Positions 27,859 through 40,200 of a DNA stretch of 64,000 nt are shown here, piece after piece. Numbering within the stretch: position 1 is the first letter of the stretch; every line of letters starts with the position of its first letter. The notes under the pieces are model-generated. The model was given only the letters and a program-made list of their open reading frames with translations, ran no database searches and was not told the origin of the DNA. Origin of the DNA: Octopus sinensis (taxonomy: Eukaryota); the NCBI RefSeq assembly GCF_006345805.1, contig NC_043018.1, forward strand, positions 24,304,001-24,368,000. The letters are read 5' to 3'. A program made the translations under genes and the position numbers.

Positions 27859-29305
27859 CTTAGACAGTGTCACATGATAGTTAGCTGGTGCTGGCTGCTG
27901 GAGCCTACTGGCGAGTATTTGAAGGGAAATTTGGCAGGATGGTTATTTGCCCACTGACATTCGTTGACACTGCATCAAAGAAACCAAAGGCCAAAGTGTC
28001 AAGATTGTTGTCTTATCCATATAACTCCTTGAAATCTGTGTTGCCTATTGACACCATCGATCTTCGGGACTTCGGAAAGTATTAGGCTGAGGAAAAATTT
28101 CGTGTACCGTGTTAAAATAATGCTTTTTTATATATTTTTGTGGTGTGTGTGTTCATTCAGTTCATGTCACGTTCAATGGTGACTCACTGTTGAAAAATAC
28201 CCGTGAATTGTTCATTGAAAACGTACTTTGTTTCAACAAGAAAATGCAAAGCCCCATACCGCCAGAAAGACCAGCAACAAGACTGAAGAATTGGATGGTG
28301 TGGAAGTTCTTCCGCATCCAACCTATAGTCCAGACATTGCTCCATCTGACCACGGTCTCTTCCAATTAATGCAGCACTTTATGAAAGGTCGCCGATTTGA
28401 GTCATTCAATGAACATCAATGGAAATTGTAGCTGTGATACCAGTGCTGGTGGCACATAAGAGAATCATCCGAACGTGGCCGTTGCCAGCGCCGCCCTGAC
28501 TGGCTTCCATGCTGGTGGCACGTAAAAAGCACCATCTGATCGTGGCCGTTGCCAGCCTCACCTGGCCTCCGTGCCGGTGGCACATAAAAAGCACCATCCG
28601 ATCGTGGCCGTTTGCCAGCCTCGTCTGGCACCTGTGTTGGTGGCATGTAAAAAGCACCCACTACACTCATGGAGTGGTTGGCGTTAGGAAGGGCATCCAG
28701 CCGTAGAAACTTTGCCAGGTCAGACTGGGCCTGGTGCAGCCTCCTGGCTTCCCAGACACCAGTTGCACCGTCCAACCCATGCCAGCATGGAAAGCGGACG
28801 CTAAACGATGATGATGACGATGATGATGAATGAAGTTGAAGAAACCTGTCAAGAATTTTTCGATTCAAAATCAAAGGATTCGTACTTTCACCAAATCCGA
28901 AAGCTTTCAGATCCTTGGCAGAAGGTTGTGGAAAATGTTGGTCTTTATTTTGAAGAAAAGTTGTTGTTTTTGAATAAATTCTTGCATAAAAAAAAACCCA
29001 TTATTTTAACATGGCGCATAAAAAATTTTCCTCAACCTAGTATTAGCTTAGATTGTTACATTTACACTTCTGCCATTAAAAACAAAAGAAAGAATGAAAG
29101 AAGTCAACGCTTAATTTTGATGTTAGAAATTTGAAGCACAGTGCTGGGAATGATAGTTAACTGTAGTCCAGCGCTCTGCAGTCTTGGCCATCTTCATATT
29201 TATATTGGCAACACATTTTCATTCTACAGAAATAATATTTTATCAGATTTTTTTATCTTCCGGGCTATGTTTTGATTATCTTTGTCTGTTTCTCCATCTG
29301 CACAC

Positions 29306-29337
<32 letters not shown>

Positions 29338-29340
29338 CAT

Positions 29341-29373
<33 letters not shown>

Positions 29374-29403
29374 CATATATGTATACACACATACATACAT
29401 ACA

Positions 29404-29461
<58 letters not shown>

Positions 29462-32400
29462 TATACAAATGTGTGTGAATTGTATGTATGTATACACACA
29501 CACAATACACAGCAAGAAACTACATTAAATGATGTAACATATATTCTCTCTTTCTCTCTTTATATATATATATATATATATATATATGATATACACATAC
29601 ACAGAAACACAATGTGTGAGTGGGTGTGTGACCGCGTGTGTACTGTTGGTGATTTTTTTTCCTCCGTCTTCCCTTCTCTGGATCTTTCCTTTTCCTATGT
29701 TTCTGACGAAGAGTTCTGCTCGAAATGTTAAACCCTCCTTCTTCCCTTCCTTCCTGAGCGTCCAATAATACTATATTTGTTCCACGCCCTCGCGTTGTTG
29801 TGTTTTCTCTCTGTGTTTTCATGTTTGGATTAACTATATGTATGTATATATATATACATATATGTGAGTTTGTATACATATAGTATATACACATGTATAA
29901 CATTGTGAAAGAAATGTTAACATTGGGGTAGTGATGGAGGGTAGGAGGATGTGTAAATATTTTCTAAGTTTGGATCTCTCTCCCTTAATGTTCGTTTTAG
30001 TCTCCATTTGCACCTCTTCGGAACCCTCTCATTTTGTTTTCTCTCACTCTTCCTATCATTTACTCTCCTGTCTTGACTTCTTAATAACCCTCTCTGTCAC
30101 TCAAACGCATTCTTACTCCCCTCTCTCATTCACTCTCTCTTCTCCATCAATCAGTTCTATCACTCACCCTATCACTCATACTCACCATCACTCCTCTATC
30201 GCTCATCCTCCCTATCGCTCATCTTCTATCCTATTCACTTTCTCATGCTGTCTTTATAACGAGGAATGGCATAGGATCTATCTACACCCAGTCCCTTCCA
30301 ACCACCACCACCACCACCATCATCCTAATCCTACTTCCCTCTCTCTTCCCTCATGATGCCTGTGTAATGATGGATTACATCAGATCTCTTCATATCTGGT
30401 ACACTCTACCAACTCCTTTCTGTGCTGCAAGTGGTCTTCTGACATATTTATGAGAGCAATAACACTAAGCAGGAATTAACTTCAATTGTTGTAAAATGAT
30501 GTAAAAAATGATGATTATGATGACAGATGTAATTATCTGTGCGGGTATGGATGCACATATGTATTTAGGTGTGTGTGTATGTATGTATGTTTGTATATGA
30601 AGTGAAATCAAGTCAAGTGAAATAGCTGTGGTCATTTTCGGTGTCCCACAACTAGCACCTGTGCCAGTGGGACATAAAAAGCACGTTTCGAGTGTCGGGT
30701 CTCATGGAGGCAATGTAGCTGATGCTGGTGTCACATAACTAGCACCCATGCAGGTGGCATGTAAAAGGTACCTTTCGAGTGCAGGGGCCCCATGGAGGCA
30801 ATGACAAACAACCAAGACCCTTGGCAATATGCTGTGCCTGAGAAGAAGACCCATCAAGTCAAGTGAAATCACAGTCGTGATAGATACTGGTGTTATGCAA
30901 ACTGGCACCCATGCTGGTGACACGTAAAAGCACCCATTACACTCTCAGAGTGGCTGGCATTAGGAAAGGCATCCAACTATAGAAACCATGCCAAATCAGA
31001 CTAGGGTCTGGTACAGCCCCTCAGCTTACAGCCCTGGTCAAAATGTCCAACCCATTCCAACATGAACAACGGATGCTAAATGATGATGATGATGAAAGAG
31101 ACTCTAGACCAGTGGTTCTCAAGTGGGCTCCATATGGCCCCTGAGGGTTGATACAAAATTTTGGGGGTGGCCCATGCAACAAAATAGTAAATTGAGGATC
31201 CACAATAGTATTTTAAGGGCTCCTGAAGAGATTTTGCTTTAGATGTATGTATTGGTTAGGTATTGCAAGAAATAGGTTTTTTTCTCTAGCATTTTACATT
31301 TTTCTACCTACACAAGTTAATGGGTGAAAAACAAAATAGGAATTTTGAAAGAAGTTTCTGTAAAACTACTAGTTAAACATCAAATGGCTATGAGGGTCCA
31401 CCAGAATAAAATACTAATCAAAGGGGTCCTTATGTAAAAAATGGTTGAGAATCCCTGTTCTAGGCTATATAAAGTTAGGAGGCATAAAAGGTGAATATAT
31501 TTCTTTAACTCTGTATCTGTAGAATTATGGCTGTTTTGCAGCCTTCATCTTGTAATAATAATTTCATGGTATAATAAATTAAGGTGGCGAACTGGCAGAA
31601 ATGTTAGCACGCCGGGCGAAATGCGTAGCCATATTTCGTCTACCGTTACGTTGTGATTTCAAATTCCACCGAGGTCGACTTTGCCTTTCATCCTTTCGGG
31701 GTCGATAAATTAAGTACCAGTTATGCACTGGGGTTGATGTAATCGACTTAATACCTATGTCTGTCCTTGTTTGTCCTCTCTGTGTTTAGCCCCTTGTGGG
31801 TAATAAAGAAATAGGTATAATAAATTATTGTACATGTCTGCACCAATATGCATGCTATACATTGAACAGAACAAGTGTATTTTTACAAATCAATGCAGAT
31901 ATAGAAGGCTTGCTCATCAGATCACCAGAACATCATGGTTACGCCATGAAGTGTTTAGTTAAACTCCTCAGCCCCAGAACTTATTTTGTTTTGAAGTCTA
32001 TTCTTTTGGCCTCTTTTGGCAAACAGCTTATTTGTGGGGACATAAACAAACTGACACCAGTTGTGAAGCAGTGGAAGAGAACAGATACAAACACACATGC
32101 GACGAGCTTCCACACTGCTTCTGTCTACCAAAATCAGTCACGAGGCATAGGTCGACCCAGGGCTATAGCAAGAGACATTTCCCTAAGATGTCATGCTGTG
32201 AGGATGAATGCAAAACGACCTGATTGCAAAAGAAGATTCTTCACCACACAGCCATGCCTGCACCTTTATAAATGTGTGTGTGTGTGCGCATAAATGTGTG
32301 TGTGTGTGTTTCTGTCTCTTTACAATTCAGAGCAGCAAAGGTAATCAATACAGCAAGTAGTTGTTTATATCTTTTATATGTTGCTTTCTTTCTTTCTTTT

Positions 32401-32508
32401 TTTTTTAATTTCAAAAGCCGAGTTATTTCACACTGAGTTATTTTCTAGTAACTTGGTGTGAAATGTCGGTTCCTGTAATATGAAAAGAGATTTATTGGTG
32501 TCTATGAA

Positions 32509-32589
<81 letters not shown>

Positions 32590-32652
32590 ATATATATGTA
32601 TATGTATATATGTATATGTATATATATGTATATGTATATATATGTATATATA

Positions 32653-32720
<68 letters not shown>

Positions 32721-32781
32721 ATATGTATGTATACATGTGTGACTGTCTCTGAATACATACATACTTTTGCATGCAGACTAT

Positions 32782-32859
<78 letters not shown>

Positions 32860-35800
32860 AGAGAGCTACATACATACTACATATGTGTGTTAGAGTTTAC
32901 AAACAAGAGAAAAGTCTATCAATGCAACATCTGGAGTTTGTGTGTGTGAGTGAGTGTTTTATTTATTTATTTCTCAAGCTTAAAGTTCACACGTGTCTTT
33001 AAGTAATTTATGAAGTCTTGGGTTTTGATTTAAGAAAATAAAAATAAAGAACAAGTGTGTGTGTGTTCACACATACATGGTAACAAGATCCATTTATATA
33101 TACTTCACTGTAATGTAAGCCACAATTTGTCTTAGTGAGGTATTTTTCAACAAAAGTGCTTAGCAAATCTTCATAATTATAACATATTTGTGGCTGAAAT
33201 AAAATTTATGTAAGCTTATATGGAGTGAAATACACTCACACACATCTATGCCTCTATTTTTTCTCTCATTACGCACACACACACACACACACAAATACAT
33301 ATATACACACACATACATACTTACATACAGATATACAGACACATGTGCATACATATATACACACTTAGTTTTGATTTTTTTTTTACTATATGTATAGCGT
33401 TAGGAAGGGCATCCAGCTGTAGAAACACTGCCAGATCAGACTGGAACCTAGCGCAGCCTCCTGGCTTCCCAGACCCTGGTCGAACCGTTCAACCCATGCT
33501 AGCATGGAGAATGGATGTTAAACGATGATGATGATGATGTATATATACATGCATATATACATATACACCTATTTCTTTATTTCCCTACCTTTTTTTTCCT
33601 TCTTTCAGTTAGTAGATGTGGCCATTCTGGGGCACTGCTGTGGAGAATTTTAGTTGAGCCTAGTACTTATTCTATCAGTTCCTTTTGCCAAACTGCTAAG
33701 TTAATAGGACGTAAACACACCAGCACCGGTTGTCAAGCGATGGTGGTGAACAAAGACACACACACTATACATATACAATGGGCTTCTTTCAGTTTCTGTC
33801 TTCTCACAAAGCTTTCGTTGGCCCAAGGCAATAGTAGACGACACTTCCCCAAGGTGCCATGCTGCAGGGTTGAACCTGGAACAATGTGGCTGGGAAGCTA
33901 ACTTCTTACCACATAGCCATGTCTCTCTTTCTCTCACTATATATATACATTTATACACAAGCATATAGATTGTGTGTGTATGTATATGGTCAAGCTCATG
34001 GGCCCGGTTTCCCGGTTTCTGTGGCGTATGTGTTCCCCCCAGCTGGACAGGACGCCAGTCCATCGCAGCGTTACTCAAGAAGCAAGAAGAGAGAGTGAGA
34101 GAAAGTTGTGGCGAAAGAGTACAACAGGGGTCGCCACCAGCCCCTGCCAGAGCCTTGTGGAGCTTTTAGGTGTTTTCGCTCAATAAACACACACAATGCC
34201 CGGTCTGGGAATCAAAACCACGATCCTCCAACCACTGGGCCATTGCACCTCCACATATGTGTATGTATATTTATACATATTTTATGTATATATGTGTGTG
34301 TATCTATGTATGCGTGTGTATGTGTATATATATATATATAACGGGAAGGTTTATGAAAATAAACAAAAGACGAAGGCAGGTTTACGAAAAAAAACAAAAG
34401 ACGAAGGCAGGTTTACGAAAAAAAACAAAAGACGAAGGCAGGTGGAGTACAAACAAACAATGTATTAGTTTGGCGCTCAGAAATAGAAATAGAACAAGTC
34501 TTTTACGTTTCGAGCCTACGCTCTTCGACAGAAAGATACACAGAAAAGAAACAAGGAGAGAAAAAAATTGCGTGTAGGGGCTAACGATCCATATATATTT
34601 ATATATAGACATACATAATGCCATTCTTTATAATCTAGTATAAGAATACTTGAAAAATATAAACCATACAGTACGCTCCTCTTTGTGTAAAAATGAATTT
34701 TGGGTTGTGTAGTTTTACAAATTTCTAAATTTTGAAACTCTATTTTCAATATTCTTTTTTACAGGAAGCATTTCGTGCTTTCCACAACGACTTGGCATTT
34801 GTACGGAAATTCCTGAAGCCATTGCACATTGGATCTTTGTGTAGCGATGAATTCCCAGTGACGGAGATGTCTGCAGATTTTGAAGAGTTACGAAGAATGG
34901 CTGAGAAGATGGTATGTTCATATCTTTGTCCTTCCTCCCCTCTTTGTCCCTCATACATATGCATGCATGTGCACATGCACACGCACACACACACACACAT
35001 AAGGGGTTAAATGGGTGCTGACGAAGGGTCAAAAACTCCCGGAATATGGCATATATGCCCTTTACCTTTTTATCATTTGCAATCTCGTTTGCTTACATCT
35101 GATGTCTCAGATATGAAATGGCATAACAAAAACCAGTGTTGGCTATAATTTCTATAGCAGATCTATAGAGATAAACATAACAAGTGATGTAGTAGCACTG
35201 CTAACACAGTAGAACATGGTATTGACTTATAAAAACATTTAACATACTTTGTAGTATATTGTGGTTTTATAACAGAATACCGCATCCCTACAAGTCATTA
35301 ATATACACCCATACATTGGTTTGCTTTTAGATCAGTGCTTTGTAACCTGCATTAGAAAATTGTCTGAGGTTAGAATATTTTATCACTGGAGTTTTCACAT
35401 TTCAAAGTTTTAATTAATTATTATGTTGTGTCTAGGGAGAGTCATTTTCTTTTTGTGCCTTATAATGTAACACACTCACCAGTAAAATTTCCAGTTATTT
35501 CTTATTTTTATTGTCCTAAAATTTTCATTGTGTCTTGCAACCTTTTCAATAGTTTTGACTCAAAACTATTGAAAATGTTGCAAGATGCAACAAAAATTTT
35601 AGGACAGTAAAAATAAGAAAAAAAGTGGAAATTTTACCGGTGAGTGTGTTACATAAGGCACAAAAAGAAAATGACTCTCCCTAGATACAACAGAATATGC
35701 TTCAACACACGAACTCATATAAAGAATCTTGCAAACCAAATCCAAAAACGAAATTAATTATTAATTACCTATTTAAACCACACACATGCATTTGAATATG

Positions 35801-36168
35801 TCATTTGAATGACATACTCCAAGCCGCTTCAGAAAGGCAGTCTCAACATCACGTGTTCAGCTGCAGTTCAAACTGGAGTTTTATTGGCATACCAAATTGA
35901 GCCCTCAGAGTGCATACCTGTTAGTTTGAGTCACCTAATGAAAACTCCTTGCATACATGATATACATACATTTTTATTTTTCCTTTTACTTTCTTTCATT
36001 CATTTGACTGCGGCCATGCTGGAGCACTGCCTTAAGTCGAAAAAACGACCCCAGGACTTATTCTTTGTAAGCCTAGTACTTGTTTTATCAAGTTTCTTTT
36101 GCCAAGCCACTAAGTTACGGGGATGTAAACAACCCAACATCGGTTGTCAAGCAATGCTAGGGGGACAA

Positions 36169-36199
<31 letters not shown>

Positions 36200-36960
36200 C
36201 AAATACATATATACGACAGGCTTCTTTCAGTTTCCGTCTACCAAATCCACTCACAAGGCATTGGTCGGCCCGGGGCTATAGCAGAAGACACTTGCCCAAG
36301 GTGCCACGCAGTGGGACTGAACCCGGAACCATGTGGTTGGTTAGCAAGCTACTTACCACACAGCCACTCCTGCGCATACGTTTTTTTTTTCCTTTTACTT
36401 CTTTCATTCATTTGACTGCGGCCATGCTGGAGCACTGCCTTAAGACTTATTCTTTGTAAGCCTAGTACTTGTTTTATCAAGTTTCTTTTGCCAAGCCACT
36501 AAGTTACGGGGATGTAAACACGCCAACATCGGTTGTCAAGTGATGGTGGGGGAACAAACACACAAATACATACATACATGCTTGCAAGTATGCATGATAA
36601 GCTTCTTTTAGTTTCCGTCTACCAAATCCACTCACAAAGCTTTGGTCAACCCGAAGCTATAGTAATAGACTCTTGCTCAAGTTGCCATGCAGTGGGACTC
36701 AACTTGGGACCATATGGTTGGGAAGCAAGCTTCTTACCACACAGCCACTCCTGCGCCTATCTTAATTATAAAAAAATATGAAACCATTATTCTATGCTAA
36801 TTTAGTTTAATTTTGTCAAGCTCCCTTTTCAGTTTGTAAGATAGAAATTTAAATGTAATAAAATGTTTTAAAAGACATTTAAAGTGCCTACGTGATAACT
36901 GTAAACCTGCTTTTGGGCCATCCTGTATTTATATACATACACTAGTAATAAGAAAAAAAT

Positions 36961-37009
<49 letters not shown>

Positions 37010-37192
37010 TGAGTATATTTAGACCTCTTGTAGGAATACTTTAATCCAAGATATACTGGTTTAATATGAGATATTTTTTCAATAAATATATTATAAAATA
37101 TAAAAATATTAAGTGTGAAAATGGAGAGTTTCAATGAATATAAATAAATTGATTTAATTTATGCATATTGAAACTCTCCATTTTGAAACTTC

Positions 37193-37239
<47 letters not shown>

Positions 37240-40200
37240 TAATAATAATAAAATAATAATAATAATAATAATAATAATTAATAATAAGATACACACACAC
37301 ACACTCTCTCTCTCCTTCTCTATCTAAATTTAATTGATTTCTGATGTGTTTAGTATTAAGAGGATTAACTTCACATTGAAAAAGATAACACCCTACAATG
37401 GCTATGATACCTATCCCACCCTTACAGACACTCACACTCCCCAACCTCTTTGTTTAATTCCATTTTTTATCTTTTTCTCTTGTTTATTTCCAGGGATTAT
37501 TTAAACCAAGTTACTGTTTCTTTTTCCTAAATGTGGGACACGTACTTATATTGGAGGTATTCGCTTACCTTACCCTGAAGTACTTGGGTACAGGATGGCT
37601 ACCCTATTTCCTCTCTGTCCTGTTTTATTCCATTGTGCAAGTAAGTACTGGAGATATTAATTTGTTGCTTTTGTTGTTGTTATTGCTGCTGCTGCTGTGT
37701 TTGTTGTTGATGTCGTGTCAAAATCAGTGTTTTCCCCAGGCAATAGAATTTCAATTTGCAGCAGGGAGCTGTACCTCTCATGGTACCTATTTATGTAAGA
37801 GTAAAAGGTACCATATTTGCTAAAAAGGATCTGACTGTACCTTCTTACTCCTGTCCACAGCATGTACCACTTCTCCATTCTGCCTTGGTTCTTTTTTTTT
37901 TTTTTGTTATATTCATTTCTCCATGCTAGCAGAGGAATATTGCTATTTAATATTATTCATGAATATATTAATGCTAAATATTAAATACTAGCACTATGAC
38001 CTGGCAACGCCGGGTCGTAGTGCATGCATATACAGCTGCGTACATGTGCACATACACGCGAGTACTGTCAAATGTGCGACCAATCACATACAGTTAGCTG
38101 GCATTCAACTGGTGTATCAAGTTTCGGGCATTTTGATTGGGTTTTGAATAGAAAATTCACAAAAAAGTCACTTCTATTGACTTTTTAATGGCTTTGCAGG
38201 CTGACTGGGGAAATGTAAAGATGTGCACGACCACCCTTGGACGGTTTTGAATGACCATAGAAAGTGCGAGCCCTCTAACTGAAAAATTGTGGATTTGTAT
38301 AAAGGACACGCACACAGACATTTTGTCGTTTATATATATAGAGATTATTAAATACTAGCAGAATTGCCCGGCGTTGCTCGGGGCTGAATTGCTTGAAAGT
38401 ACTGTTAATGATTGCACTGAATTATGATGATTATTCAGGCAAATATTGATATAAGCTTACGGTGGGAGATAAGGACTTAACGATCAAACGTGTGCCATTG
38501 CATTGTTTTGGGGGAACCAAATTTCTGATGAGCATTATAGGGGCACCAACTTTAAGTTTGAGAAAGTGTGGTGGTAGTCTGGGGTGCTCAAAGGAATTGA
38601 GTACCTCTATTGGATAGTTGATGACGTCCTCTGGGTCAGGAGTTGTATCGATAGACTAATATACATAGACTTCCCCAGGAATGAGTTTTAGCATTTCATC
38701 ATTAATATGGTGAACAGTTTTATTCCTCGGGGCCAGTATAGCCTTTTTGCCAATCCAATCCATATTCTGATAATTAGCTTGTAGATCTGGGAACACTGCA
38801 TCTCTGAGATCAGAAGGCGTCTTAACAATGGTACAAATGGAATCGATGGCAATATTACCATTTTCATCCCCTGGTATTTTGCCTTCGCCAAATGCAAGGA
38901 GGGTGTGAGGAAATGCTGCTGATGTGATATTATGTCGCATATGAGCACGCATATTGGTGTGAAGTTTGAGAGTTACTTCCGTTTATTTTTAAAAATATGC
39001 ATTAAAATGGAAAAAAATGATGGTAAATTATTTGTAAAATCATAGACTCATCGTAGACGCGCGCTAATACCCAGAAGGGCTCGATATGAATCACGACTAT
39101 AAGATACCCGGTTTTGGTTAAATTGCAAAATGTGGGAGTAGTTAGGAATCTAAATCGGAGTAGACAGACACACAACCTTTCTTTTATATATAAATATTTT
39201 CGTCCTAAAAAACTTTGTATGGATTGAATGGTTACCTCTATGGAAATATATACACGCACATTATACATACATGTGTGTATAGATGAATATATAAATACAT
39301 TTAAATATCTATATACACTTTTGGGCGATCTTTCTGTTTCTTAGAGATAACTTAAGATCTTATTTTTGTGCTAAAAAACTTTGTATGGAGTGAATGGTTA
39401 CCTCTATGGAAATATATACACACACGTTATACATACATGTGTGCATAGATGAATATATAAATACATTTATATATCTTTATACACTTTTGGGCGATCTTTC
39501 TGCTACTTAGAGATAACTTTAGATCTTATTTTCGTCCTAAAAAACTTTGTGCGGAGTGAATGGTTACGTGTATGGAAATATATACACACACATTATACAT
39601 ACATCTGTGTATAGATGAATATATAAATACATTTAAATATCTATATACACTTTTGGGCGATCTTTCTGCTACTTGGATATAGGGGTGATGTTTCGCTTGT
39701 CGTAGCACACGTTTCCGTCGATTTCCGTAAAAAATGTAAACACTGAATCGGCCATACATACATACATACATACACACACACACTCACATACATGCATACA
39801 TACATATACACATAAATCGAGTAAAAAATTTCAGTTATCTCTCTCTTTCACACATTACTCTCTCTGTCTCTTCACACACACTAACAGAAGCACTTCACTT
39901 ACACAACATACTGTCTGTCTCCCACACTCCATCAAACACACACACACACACACATGTACATCAATGCGTCCCATGCACGGTAACTTCAAAAGAACTTCCC
40001 TCGTCATACAATCGCTTTCTCTTAGTCTCTTTTGCTCTCATTACTTATGTAAAAAAATAAAAGTTTTTTACGGAAATCGACGGAAACCTGTGCTACAACA
40101 AGCGAAACATCGCCGATATAGGTCTTATATTCGTCCTAAAATACTTTCCTGTCACACACTCACGCACATGCACGCACACACACACACACACACCCTCACA

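Noticed and set aside
31796-32293. 165-aa ORF
   Set aside because: It runs through decayed SINE sequence with no domain or splice support.
4923-34764. Nested gene or duplicate FADS exon in the 29.8-kb first intron
   Set aside because: I found no additional desaturase-like or other host coding segment; the recognisable coding remnants are all transposon-derived.
35010-35050. HHR-like CTGACGAAGGG...CCCGGAA just after exon 2
   Set aside because: GAAA reads GGAA and I found no valid NUH site or stem I; at best a heavily decayed relic.
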